DNA from: Bacteroidia bacterium
GTDB lineage: Bacteria; Bacteroidota; Bacteroidia; Chitinophagales; BACL12
Assembly: GCA_030432405.1 (NCBI GenBank)
Contig: JAUIHG010000002.1
Span: 1-59,991 of the forward strand
Direction of reading: 5' to 3'
DNA: 59,991 bases
This document shows positions 44,236-52,967 of the stretch, piece by piece. Within the stretch, counting starts at the first letter, position 1; each line of letters begins with the position of its first letter. Position numbers and translations under genes: made by a program. Under the pieces are notes generated by a model. The model searched no databases. It saw only the letters and a list, made by a program, of their open reading frames with translations, and had not been told where the DNA came from.

Positions 44236-45994
44236 ATTCGACGATCTGATGCGCGAGAAGCTGGGAGGCCTGCACGTGCCTTCCGGTCCCGGCAGCGGTG
44301 CCGGGCGCGACGCGGACATGGAGGCCGATTGGTCGGCCATGGCCGAACGGCTCGACGCGGTTGAAGCCGCGCGCGGCCGCAAATCCGACTCCCGGATCGG
44401 CCTGCTCTTGTTTGCCTGCATCATCGCGGGCAGCATCGGCCTGGGCCTCTGGTACCAGATGGACGGGCGCAGCCCCTTCCAAAGCGGCGTGTCCGAGCAG
44501 CAGATGTCCACTGCCGATCAAGCTACCGCAGCAGCACCTGGACAGGCTGCCGGAGCGTCCAACACGGGCCGTGCAGCCGCCGATGGTTCCTCCTCCCCGG
44601 CTGGCGCTGATGCCGAAACCGCGGCTGATGTGGCTGCAGCCCGCTTTTCGCCTTCCGGCGAAAACGGATCCGATCCGGCGATGGTCAACTCCGGCGGGAT
44701 GCCTGCCTCCGGTCAACGGTCCTCTGGTATGCCTGCAGCTTCTTCCGGCAACCCGAAAGGCCCGGCAGGGGACCAAGCCAACACGCAGGCCGGTATGCAT
44801 CCGACCGCTGGCACACAAGCGCATAGCCCTTCAGCTTCCCGTGCAGCACGCGCCACTAATGTTGCCGGAGCCAAAATGGCACCAAACAACAGCACATTCC
44901 AAGACCAGAACAGCACCCAAACGGCGCGGGAAAACCGCGTCAACGAAGGCCGCGTGAACGGCATTGACGCAGCAGGAGAAGACAAGCGCCTGACTGCGGC
45001 TGAAGCACAAAATCCGGCTGCGCCTGTGGCAAAAAGCACCGCCGACCGCCGTGGTGCTACCGAAACCTTTGATGCTCCGCGCACCAGCACCGTGCCCGCA
45101 CGCTCCTTGTCCGACCTGGCCGCCTTCCAGGTCTGGCCCGTTCCGGTGAATCCCATTGCCGCACAGGCGGGTCCCTACCTGGAGCCTGAGCCCAGAAGCC
45201 CATTGTCTAATGGGGATTTGGGATCCCGGGACCCGAGCCTGCAGAAACCCCCGCTGCGTTATACCCTCACCTTCGGACCGGACCTCAATGCCGCCATCAC
45301 CGGCGTGGGGGACGCCATCAAACCTTCCTGGGACCTGAGCCTGAGCGGCGAAGTCTGGTTCCCAAAACAAGTCTTCATCTCCGCGGGCTTGCGCTACGGC
45401 ATGTACCGCTTCCACAAGGTCAACGTGCAGTGCGGCAACCACGAAGCCCATGGCGTTTCCGACCACGTCCATTGTCCCGATGCCATGACCGGCAATCAGG
45501 CCCTTTGGGAGATTCCGCTGCGGGTTGGGTATGGCATGGACGTGGCCAAGGGCAAAGGCCGCTTACGTGCCTTCGCCGGCGTGTCGGCGCGTGTCCAACG
45601 GGCCGCAGACTATGCGGTGGAATTCCACAACGTCGGTGCCGGCGATACCCTGTTTTTCGACCCGGTGGTCATCACGGTGGCGGAGACAGGCAACTTTGCG
45701 CAAGCTGCCAGTTACAGCTATGATACCGATGTGCTGGAAAGCATGGCCAATGCCAGCAATAGCCTGGTGGCCGACCCCGCCACCAGCAGCAGCGACGATG
45801 CCTTGAGCACCAGCACCCGGCGCACCAGCCTTGCGCTGGAGTTCGGTATTGGTTACGAGCAGTTCCTGGCGCCCAATTTCAGCCTGGGTGTGGAGCCGCG
45901 TCTGGCCCTGCCGCTCCAATCCCTGCCGATGAACAACGGTCGGGCCTACCATGTGGCCGCGGGTGCGCTGCTGCGCTGGTATCCGGGCCGTTAA
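44225..45994 (+). CDS. Sigma-linked membrane protein: cytoplasmic N-terminus, one TM helix, low-complexity linker and a C-terminal outer-membrane-beta-barrel-like domain
   Basis: It overlaps the sigma gene by 11 nt. The TM helix is IGLLLFACIIAGSIGLGLWY. A roughly 200-aa Ala/Ser/Pro/Gly-rich region follows. The C-terminal part has alternating hydrophobic strands and ends LLRWYPGR. Function is inferred from context. Confidence 0.7.
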   Translation: MPDRFDDLMREKLGGLHVPSGPGSGAGRDADMEADWSAMAERLDAVEAARGRKSDSRIGLLLFACIIAGSIGLGLWYQMDGRSPFQSGVSEQQMSTADQATAAAPGQAAGASNTGRAAADGSSSPAGADAETAADVAAARFSPSGENGSDPAMVNSGGMPASGQRSSGMPAASSGNPKGPAGDQANTQAGMHPTAGTQAHSPSASRAARATNVAGAKMAPNNSTFQDQNSTQTARENRVNEGRVNGIDAAGEDKRLTAAEAQNPAAPVAKSTADRRGATETFDAPRTSTVPARSLSDLAAFQVWPVPVNPIAAQAGPYLEPEPRSPLSNGDLGSRDPSLQKPPLRYTLTFGPDLNAAITGVGDAIKPSWDLSLSGEVWFPKQVFISAGLRYGMYRFHKVNVQCGNHEAHGVSDHVHCPDAMTGNQALWEIPLRVGYGMDVAKGKGRLRAFAGVSARVQRAADYAVEFHNVGAGDTLFFDPVVITVAETGNFAQAASYSYDTDVLESMANASNSLVADPATSSSDDALSTSTRRTSLALEFGIGYEQFLAPNFSLGVEPRLALPLQSLPMNNGRAYHVAAGALLRWYPGR

Positions 45995-46009
45995 GGGCCT
46001 ACCCAGGCC

Positions 46010-47728
46010 TCAGGTACGCATCCACAGCACCGTTTCGCTGGCTTCATACCAGGTTTCGTAGTTGGCCTTGTGCCGCTTCTCGACCACGTTGCGCTTGATT
46101 TTCATGGAGGGGGTCAGTAGGCCGTTTTCGACCGTCCAGTCCTCGTCCAGCACCACGCAACACCGTACGTGTTCGTGGTGGTCCAGGACCTTGTTGACCT
46201 CCGTCATGGTTTCTTCAAGCCCGCGGACAATGTCTTCCCGGGCCGCTTTCAGGGCTTCCTCGGAAGGCACCACGATGGCAATGGGCTGGGGAATGCCGTC
46301 GCCGACCACCAGCACCTGGCCCACATGGGTGTTCGCCGAAAGGCGCAATTCAATCGGTGAGGGCGCCACGTATTTGCCCTTGGAGGTCTTGAACAAGTCC
46401 TTGACCCGGCCGGTGATGAACAGGTGCCCGCTGGGATCGATATAGCCCTCATCCCCGGTGCGCAGGAAGCCGTCTTCGGTGAAGGCTTCTTTCGTTTTTT
46501 CCGGGTCTTTGTAATAGCCCTGCATCAAGGCTTCGTGGCGCACCTGCACCTCGTTGTGCTCGCCCAGGCGCACCTCGCACAAGGGCAGGGGCTTGCCCAC
46601 GGAGCCAAACTTGATGGAATCCGGCAGCGTGGCGTGGGAATAGCAGCAGTTCTCCGTCATGGCATAGGCCTCCTGGAGCTTGATGCCCAGTCGGGCGAAC
46701 CACTTCATGAGGGACTCGGGCGCTGCCGCCGCACCGGTGAAACACATGCGCGCCTCATCCAGGCCCAGGCCGCCTTTTATTTTCTTTTTGATCAGGCCCG
46801 AGACAATCGGGATGGACAACAGGAGATTGAGCCGGGACTGCGGGAGCTTGCTCAGGATGCCCTGCTGGAACTTGGTCCAGATGCGCGGTACCCCCAGAAA
46901 AATGGTGGGTTTGGCCTTGGCCAAATCCGAAGCAAACGTGTCCAGCGACTCGGCAAAATCCATGCTGCCGCCGCTGTACAAACTGCCCATTTGCACCAAC
47001 AAACGCTCGGCGATGTGGCTCAATGGCAGGTAACTGAAAAAACGGTCTTTCGGCGTCACCTGCAGCACCCGTACGGCATGGGTGGCCGCAAAACCGAAAT
47101 TGTGGTAGCGGTGCATCACCCCTTTCGGGTTGCCGGTGGTACCCGATGTGTAGATGATGCTGCCCAAGGCCTCGGGGTCGGTATCCACGTGCCCGTTGAG
47201 GGGTTCGTGTTCGTGCGTCAGCGCATCCCAATGCAAGCCCGGCGCGTCATCATGCCCATAAAACGGAAAATAGATGCGGGTCACGATTTCCGGCACCCCA
47301 GGTTCCATGTCCGGCCAGTCGTCCAACTTGCCGATGAACACCGCTTTGGCTTCGGAGTGGTCCAGCACATAGCGGACGGTCTCGGCCTTCAGGTTGGGAT
47401 ATAGGGGCACGCCCACCAATCCTGCCATCATGGTGGCCAGATCTGCCATGATCCAGTGCGCGCAGTTTTTGCTCAACAGCGCCACTTTGCTGCCCTCGGG
47501 CAGGCCCAGGGCTTTCAGGGCCGCGGCCATGCGGCGCACCTCATCCCCTACTTCACTCCAGGTCCAGGTATGCAGTATTCGGTCAATCGGCTGGCGCAGG
47601 TAGACCGCATCGGGCTGTTTGCTTTCCCATTGCTGAAGCATGTCCAGCGGTGTGTCCATTCGCGCTTGGGGTTGCATACCGGGATCCATGGGCGGGGGGC
47701 TTTGAGGCGTTTGGGCCGGACAACGCAT
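46010..47728 (-). CDS. AMP-dependent long-chain acyl-CoA synthetase/ligase
   Basis: Has the AMP-binding motif IIYTSGTTGNPKGVMH, then TGDEGYIDPSGHLFITGRVKDLFKTSKGKYVAP. The true start may be an internal Met (MDTPLDMLQQW). Confidence 0.9.
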   Translation of the reverse strand: MRCPAQTPQSPPPMDPGMQPQARMDTPLDMLQQWESKQPDAVYLRQPIDRILHTWTWSEVGDEVRRMAAALKALGLPEGSKVALLSKNCAHWIMADLATMMAGLVGVPLYPNLKAETVRYVLDHSEAKAVFIGKLDDWPDMEPGVPEIVTRIYFPFYGHDDAPGLHWDALTHEHEPLNGHVDTDPEALGSIIYTSGTTGNPKGVMHRYHNFGFAATHAVRVLQVTPKDRFFSYLPLSHIAERLLVQMGSLYSGGSMDFAESLDTFASDLAKAKPTIFLGVPRIWTKFQQGILSKLPQSRLNLLLSIPIVSGLIKKKIKGGLGLDEARMCFTGAAAAPESLMKWFARLGIKLQEAYAMTENCCYSHATLPDSIKFGSVGKPLPLCEVRLGEHNEVQVRHEALMQGYYKDPEKTKEAFTEDGFLRTGDEGYIDPSGHLFITGRVKDLFKTSKGKYVAPSPIELRLSANTHVGQVLVVGDGIPQPIAIVVPSEEALKAAREDIVRGLEETMTEVNKVLDHHEHVRCCVVLDEDWTVENGLLTPSMKIKRNVVEKRHKANYETWYEASETVLWMRT

Positions 47729-47837
47729 AGGCTATCCGATGGCTTCGTGTACAACAGACGCGAAGCTGGTGTATGAATATAGTCCGTGCGGGCATGCCGT
47801 GAAAACGCGGCTACCTTTGCCGCCTCAAGCGTCCCCC

Positions 47838-48941
47838 ATGTCCGACTCCAAAGGGCCCTCGGGCCAAAATCCATCCGCTGACAAGCCGCAGACTGGCCGC
47901 ACCGAGTTGTCCGCCTTCGGCGAATTCGGCCTCATCCGGCACCTGACCAAAAACACCGAGCTCCAACACGGCCTGACCGTCAAGGGCATTGGCGACGATG
48001 CCGCCGTCCTGGACCCGGCCGGCAAACTGCAGGTGGTCACCACCGACTTGCTGCTCGAAGGCATCCATTTTGACCTGGCCTACACGCCACTGCAGCACCT
48101 CGGCTACAAGGCCATTGCCGTCAACGTATCCGATGTGGCCGCCATGAACGCAGAGGCCCGCCAGGTGACGCTTTCGCTGGGCATCAGCAACCGCTTTTCC
48201 GTGGAAGCCCTCGAAGCGCTCTACGAAGGCGTCCACGCCGCCTGCCGCCGCTTCAAGGTGGACCTGGTGGGCGGAGACACCACGTCCTCCCGCCAGGGCC
48301 TGGTCATCAGCGTGACGGCCATCGGGGAGGCCACCGAAGACGAGCTGGTCTACCGCAACGGCGCATCGCAAGGCGACCTGATCTGCGTCTCTGGCGACCT
48401 GGGTGCCGCCTACCTCGGCCTGCAGGTCCTGGAACGCGAAAAATCCGTCTGGCTGGAGCACCCCACGGTACAGCCCGAACTCGAAGCCCACAGCTACCCG
48501 ATCGGCCGGCAGCTGAAGCCCGAGGCCCGCATCGATCTGGTGGCGCGCTTCCGGGAGGCCGGCCTTCGGCCGAAGGCCATGATCGACGTCTCCGACGGCC
48601 TGTCCAGCGACTTGCTCCACCTCTGCGACCAGAGCAACACCGGCGCGCTAATCCGCGAAGAGGATGTGCCCATCGACCCGGCCTGCTACGAGTTGGCGCT
48701 CACCTTCAACATGGACCCGATCAACACCGCCCTGAACGGCGGCGAAGACTACGAGCTGCTGTTCTGCATTGCGCCCGAAGACAAGGACAAGCTGGAGGGC
48801 TTCACCGACGTGGCCATCATCGGCCAAATGGCTCCCGCGGAAGAAGGTGTGAAAATCGAAACCAAGGGCGGCAACCGGCACGAACTGGTGGCCGGCGGTT
48901 GGAACCACCTGTGGCCGCAAAACGCGCCGAAGGAGGACTGA
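47838..48941 (+). CDS. thiL: Thiamine-monophosphate kinase
   Basis: Motifs are GEFGLIRHLT, GIGDDAAVL, VTTDLLLEGIHF and GGDTTSS. The start is trimmed to MSDSKGPSG (ATG 47838). The track ORF starts at 47739. Confidence 0.9.
   Translation: MSDSKGPSGQNPSADKPQTGRTELSAFGEFGLIRHLTKNTELQHGLTVKGIGDDAAVLDPAGKLQVVTTDLLLEGIHFDLAYTPLQHLGYKAIAVNVSDVAAMNAEARQVTLSLGISNRFSVEALEALYEGVHAACRRFKVDLVGGDTTSSRQGLVISVTAIGEATEDELVYRNGASQGDLICVSGDLGAAYLGLQVLEREKSVWLEHPTVQPELEAHSYPIGRQLKPEARIDLVARFREAGLRPKAMIDVSDGLSSDLLHLCDQSNTGALIREEDVPIDPACYELALTFNMDPINTALNGGEDYELLFCIAPEDKDKLEGFTDVAIIGQMAPAEEGVKIETKGGNRHELVAGGWNHLWPQNAPKED
48561..48578. repeat. 18-nt perfect palindrome GGCCTTCGGCCGAAGGCC (family B), intragenic in thiL
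   Basis: Read directly. It encodes GLRPKA. Confidence 0.95.
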
Positions 48942-48985
48942 AACAATACAAACAAAAGGTGCGCTCCATGGGGCGCCTCAATAAG

Positions 48986-49026
48986 AAAGGGGCCGCCTCC
49001 TACCGGAGACAGCCCCTTTTGCATTT
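48986..49026. terminator. Bidirectional intrinsic terminator between convergent thiL and the 49054 gene
   Basis: The structure is AAAGGGGC-cgc-CTCC-tacc-GGAG-aca-GCCCCTTT, followed by TTgcattt on the plus strand and by TTTCTTATT on the minus strand. Confidence 0.55.
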
Positions 49027-49053
49027 GGGTAAAACACGGCCCGGGCACGGACC

Positions 49054-50307
49054 TCAATGCACCAGCACCTTCCCGCTGCGGGGATGGCCTTGCGCATCAA
49101 AGATTTGCACCACGTAGAGGCCTGCACTCAAGCCACGTACGTCGGCCTGGGTACCGGTGGACAAGCCCTGGTGCACCAGCTGCCCGGCGCGGTTGAAGAC
49201 CTGGAAGCGTTCGCCGGAGGCGAGGTCCGTGATCCGGAAGCCCTGCGGCAGGCTCTGCCAGGAAAAGGCACGGTCCGGCTCGGTGGCGTTGTTGCCGTAC
49301 AGCGTTTCCGCCAGGGTCTGGCCATCGCCCGTACGGGCGAACGCATCCAGCGCCTGACAGGCAATGCGCGTGGCCGACCAGGACTGCACCGCGTCGTCGC
49401 GGTCAAAGACATAAGCCCAGGCCAGGCAGGCACAGTCGCCGTCGACCACCGGACCCAGGTCAAAAGTCAGTTGGATGGCTTCGTCCGCCAGGCGGTTGCC
49501 GCTGGTTTGATAAGGGAAAACGCCGGTATAGGCCTCCGAGGGGATGCCGAAGTTGAAGCCGCCGTAGCTGGCCTGCGCGCGCGCATCGCTGGTGAGCATG
49601 GCCACATAACAGTCCACCGGTGCGGCTCCGCCAAACGTGGGATTGAACAGCGTGGTGGAAATGGCCGCGCTCCCGCTGCCAAAGCCCGGGCTGGTCACGC
49701 GGTTGTTGGTTGCAAAACCGGCCCCCCAGGGCTGACCAGGGTCCGGGTCGGTGTGGCGTTGATAGTAGACCTGAGCGGCATCAACACCGGTATTGTTGCA
49801 CAGGGTGATGCGGTTGAGGACCACCAGGCGGTTGCGGATGACCACGGATTCCTGGCGCAGGTCCCAGCCGTCGGCCGTACCGCCGTTCCAGCGCAACGCC
49901 GTAAGACCGCCATCGGTCAGGCGGCCATAGGTGTCCGTACCAAAATCGGTAAAGCCGCATATCGGGGTCGGCGCGCCGAGGTTGGTGCCGTTGCCGGAGG
50001 TATACACCATGCTGTCCACCTGCACGCTGAATCCTTCCACGGCCACACCGGGCAGGAAGTAATCGCCGCAATAGGCGTTGGGTTCACCCACGTCCCAGCC
50101 GTCCTTTTCCAAATCGGCTACGACCCCCAGGCCGTTGAAGAGGTCGTTGTTGTTGTAGCCGGGAGGCACGGGGTTGTCGGTCCCAAAGCTGCCGCAGGGC
50201 GTAAAGCCCACTTCAATGTGATCGCCCTGGACAAAGGCTTGTCCGAGAAGCATGCCGCTGCAGCCCATCAGACCGGCGGCCAAAAGCCAATGAAAACGTG
50301 TGCGCAT
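49054..50307 (-). CDS. Secreted protein of unknown function with a T9SS type-A C-terminal sorting domain
   Basis: The start is trimmed to MRTRFHWLLAAGLMGCSGMLLGQ (ATG 50307). The track GTG start at 50361 lies inside a hairpin. The C-terminus FQVFNRAGQLVHQGL...GLYVVQIFDAQGHPRSGKVLVH is Por-tail-like. Confidence 0.8.
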   Translation of the reverse strand: MRTRFHWLLAAGLMGCSGMLLGQAFVQGDHIEVGFTPCGSFGTDNPVPPGYNNNDLFNGLGVVADLEKDGWDVGEPNAYCGDYFLPGVAVEGFSVQVDSMVYTSGNGTNLGAPTPICGFTDFGTDTYGRLTDGGLTALRWNGGTADGWDLRQESVVIRNRLVVLNRITLCNNTGVDAAQVYYQRHTDPDPGQPWGAGFATNNRVTSPGFGSGSAAISTTLFNPTFGGAAPVDCYVAMLTSDARAQASYGGFNFGIPSEAYTGVFPYQTSGNRLADEAIQLTFDLGPVVDGDCACLAWAYVFDRDDAVQSWSATRIACQALDAFARTGDGQTLAETLYGNNATEPDRAFSWQSLPQGFRITDLASGERFQVFNRAGQLVHQGLSTGTQADVRGLSAGLYVVQIFDAQGHPRSGKVLVH

Positions 50308-50310
50308 AAC

Positions 50311-50366
50311 CCAAAAAATTGAGGTGAAGGAATTCTTTAATGTATCAAAGAATTCCCCCACCTCAA
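50311..50366 (-). terminator. Strong AT-rich hairpin plus U6 tract (intrinsic terminator/attenuator) after the LOX-like gene
   Basis: The minus-strand RNA is UUGAGGUG-GG-GGAAUUCUUU-GAUACAUU-AAAGAAUUCC-UU-CACCUCAA-UUUUUUGG. It has an 8-bp outer stem and a 10-bp inner stem, an 8-nt loop and then U6. The U tract ends about 5 nt before the ATG at 50307. Confidence 0.6.
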
Positions 50367-50394
50367 AATGGGCCTGTTGCCCTGCTTCCCTTAT

Positions 50395-50412
50395 GGCCTT
50401 CGGCCGAAGCGC
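50395..50412. repeat. Hybrid palindrome-family copy GGCCTTCGGCCGAAGCGC (perfect 12-nt core at 50398-50409), intergenic
   Basis: Read directly. The left arm matches family B and the right arm matches family A. It lies a few nt downstream of the LOX-like gene stop (50414). Confidence 0.9.
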
Positions 50413-50413
50413 A

Positions 50414-52876
50414 TCATTCGATGACCAGGCGGCGCGTTTGCGACGTCTGGCCTTCGATCACGCGGACGAGGTACAAGCCGCTGGACCAGGGTGCGGCCAC
50501 GGTCAGGCGATGGGCTGAAGCCGGCGCTTGTCCGTTCCACAGCACGCGGCCCAACAGGTCTTCCACCTGCACCTGGCGTTCGGCGGAGCCGGCTTCCAGC
50601 GCAACGCGGAAGACGCCATGGGCCGGGTTGGGCTCCAGGTTAAAGCCCGGACCGGCCAGACGGGCCGAAGCCGTGGTAAAGGGCTGCAGGGCCGAGAAGG
50701 CCGTAATGCTGTTGTCGGCACATTTGGCGCGCACGTACCACTCGTAGGTGGTGGCGGCCTTCAGGCCGGTGACGTTGTAGCTGGTGCCGGTGGTCTGCAC
50801 CCGGCGGAAGCTGCTGGTGCCCAGCTTGCGGCCCTGAATCTGGTAACCCAGGTCGCCGGCATTGCCGGTCCAGGACACCGTGGCCGTAGTGGCCGTGATG
50901 GCGCTGGTCGTGGGGCTGGTGGGTGCCGCACAATTGTTGCAACCCGGGCTCATGTCCACCACGGCTTCCACGGGCACCCGAACGCTGGAACACAGTTGAT
51001 CCGGCTCGCGCACCGACCAGTTGTAGAAGTAGTAATAATAGCTGGTGCCGTACGGCGAATCCTTGATGGACACCACATCGGTCACCGCATAGGGATAGCT
51101 CGTACCCCCGCTGGTGCGCTTCAATTCCGGACTCTGGCCGCCAAAGTTGGAGAGGTTGACCGCGCCGTTGGTGCCCAGCTGCAGGTCCGTTCCGGCCGAG
51201 ACGTTGAAGCCCAGGTTGACGGTGGACACCCCGCTGGGAATGAACACCGAGGCGCTGGCCAATACGCTGCCGCCGGCATTGCGCAATTCGATGTCCCGCA
51301 CCCCAGCCTGATCGGTTTCCACCTCCACGGATTCAAGGATGAAGTCGCTCAGTGCGTCAAAAATGAGGTGGGAATTGACCGAGGATCCGGCATAGGCACT
51401 GCTGCCGCTATGCCCGGCCGGGCCGACGGAATAGGTCCCGCCGATCACCCCGTCTTCGGACTCGACGTAGTAGGTGGTGGTGCTGCTCAATACCGGGGTG
51501 CTGAAGGTGCTGCCGGTGGCCACCTCCGTGCCGCCGCTCGGCGCATCGTACCAGCGCAGGGTACCGCCGCCGGTAGCCGTCAGGGTGACGCTGCCTGCAC
51601 CGCAACTGGTGTCGCCCAAAGCCACCGGCGCGGAGGTCGTGGCCACGTTGATGTCCACGGTGGGCGTGGTCTGGGTGCCGCAGGTCGGGGAAACCGCCGT
51701 GCAGGAGATGCTGGCCGAATTGCTCACGGTGATGGTCGGCGTGGTGGCGCCATTGGACCAGGCGTAGCTCGTGGCCGGACCGTCCAGGCTCAGGGTTACG
51801 CTTTCGCCATCGCAGAAGCTGGTCGGGCCGTCGGCCACGATGGACAGGCTGCCGCCGCCCTGCTGGGTAAGCGTGATGTCCACGGCCACCACGTTGTTGG
51901 TTTCATCCTCCTCCAGGAAGTAGTCGTAAGGGTCGAGGACCACCACCAGCTTGTAGGTGCCGTTGCAGACCGATGGGGGGATCGGGATCTGCATGCCGTC
52001 CAGGTAGTAGTAGTAGATGTCCGTGTACCCGGCCGAAATGCCCTGGTTGGTCAGACCGCATGAATAGCTTCCGCCGCCCAGGCCGTAGTTGGGCGCATCG
52101 GTGGTCAGTACGCTGCCGCTCTGGTCCACGCAATGGCCGTTGTAGTACTGGCAGGAGCCGTAATCCATCAGGCAAAAGCCCAGCTTGGCGCCTTCGGCCA
52201 CGATGGGCCAGTCGATCGGATCCAGACCGGGCACTTCCGTCCGCAGGCTGTATTTGCCCCAATCGTCCACGTGCATGTGCCCGTGGCTGACGTGGTAGGT
52301 CATGCTGCCCGCCCAGCGTTCCCAGGAGCTCATGCTGCCGTCCGGGTTTTTGTGGTAGATCCGCTGCTTGATCAGCTGACGTGGGTCGCTGCCATCGGGG
52401 CAGGTTCCGGTATAGCCGCCCGGGCTGTAAATGGTATCCGTTCCACAGATAAAATAGTCCGTGGGCACAATCCGCAGCGGACCGTGGCCGATGTTGGGGC
52501 TGGACACCGAGACACCGAGCTCACCCGGTGATTCCGGATTGGCGCTGCCGTCTTCCAGCAGCACCTTGCCAACGGTCATGTCGGGCAGCAGGTCGCAGTC
52601 GGTGCTGCCGTCTTCGCAGGCGCAGCCGCTGGCATCGGAGAGGTTGCAGGGGGATTGGGCCAACAGGTAGCCGGGCAGCAGCAGCACGGCTGCGGTCAAG
52701 AGGAGGACACGCACGGGAATAGAGGGTTGAGTGCCGGATGCTGTTCGCCTGGCCTGCGCCAGGCGAAACGCGAGCCCCACCTGCGGCTTTGCGGGCAGGC
52801 CTGGGCGTCCGGCAGGGTTGACGGATGCAGTAGACCATGGAAGATACAGCCCTATACCGAGGTTCAGAAACCGCAA
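50414..52876 (-). CDS. Lysyl-oxidase-like (LOX catalytic domain) secreted protein with Ig/Fn3-like repeats and a T9SS type-A sorting domain
   Basis: HVSHGHMH supplies the H-x-H-x-H copper motif (LOX has HQHYH). VAEGAKLGFCLMDYGSC parallels VAEGHKASFCLEDTSCD. SAGYTDIYYYYLDGMQIPI ... YKLVVVLDPYDYFLEEDETNNV parallels GCYDTY...QWIDITD...YILKVSVNP...ESDYTNNV. The C-terminus GLYLVRVIEGQTSQTRRLVIE is a T9SS tail. The start is uncertain, with a possible GTG at 52714 (VRVLLLTAAVLLLPGYLLAQS). Confidence 0.85.
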   Translation of the reverse strand: MRFLNLGIGLYLPWSTASVNPAGRPGLPAKPQVGLAFRLAQARRTASGTQPSIPVRVLLLTAAVLLLPGYLLAQSPCNLSDASGCACEDGSTDCDLLPDMTVGKVLLEDGSANPESPGELGVSVSSPNIGHGPLRIVPTDYFICGTDTIYSPGGYTGTCPDGSDPRQLIKQRIYHKNPDGSMSSWERWAGSMTYHVSHGHMHVDDWGKYSLRTEVPGLDPIDWPIVAEGAKLGFCLMDYGSCQYYNGHCVDQSGSVLTTDAPNYGLGGGSYSCGLTNQGISAGYTDIYYYYLDGMQIPIPPSVCNGTYKLVVVLDPYDYFLEEDETNNVVAVDITLTQQGGGSLSIVADGPTSFCDGESVTLSLDGPATSYAWSNGATTPTITVSNSASISCTAVSPTCGTQTTPTVDINVATTSAPVALGDTSCGAGSVTLTATGGGTLRWYDAPSGGTEVATGSTFSTPVLSSTTTYYVESEDGVIGGTYSVGPAGHSGSSAYAGSSVNSHLIFDALSDFILESVEVETDQAGVRDIELRNAGGSVLASASVFIPSGVSTVNLGFNVSAGTDLQLGTNGAVNLSNFGGQSPELKRTSGGTSYPYAVTDVVSIKDSPYGTSYYYYFYNWSVREPDQLCSSVRVPVEAVVDMSPGCNNCAAPTSPTTSAITATTATVSWTGNAGDLGYQIQGRKLGTSSFRRVQTTGTSYNVTGLKAATTYEWYVRAKCADNSITAFSALQPFTTASARLAGPGFNLEPNPAHGVFRVALEAGSAERQVQVEDLLGRVLWNGQAPASAHRLTVAAPWSSGLYLVRVIEGQTSQTRRLVIE

Positions 52877-52967
52877 GGGCCCCCATGCCGTGCATGGGAG
52901 CCCTTGGTTTCAGCAGCCTCAAGGCGGTTGGTAGCCCTGGTTGGCGGCCAACCCATGGTCCTTCCGA

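Noticed and set aside
44645-44664. Short hairpins of the form TTT(T)CGCC-loop-GGCGAAA(A), seen at 44645-44664, 13801-13817, 39596-39613 and 20818-20838
   Set aside because: The stems are only 7-8 bp. The sequence follows from preferred codons for F-(A/S)-(E/P)-G-E type peptides; in the MORN gene it is the repeated RFAEGERDG motif. I could not separate this from codon-usage coincidence. It may be worth including as a control in the palindrome k-mer analysis.
47729-47837. Possible TPP riboswitch upstream of thiL
   Set aside because: The 109-nt divergent spacer lacks the conserved CUGAGA and ACCUGAUCUGGAUAAUGCCAGCG-like elements. thiL is not a typical riboswitch-controlled gene.
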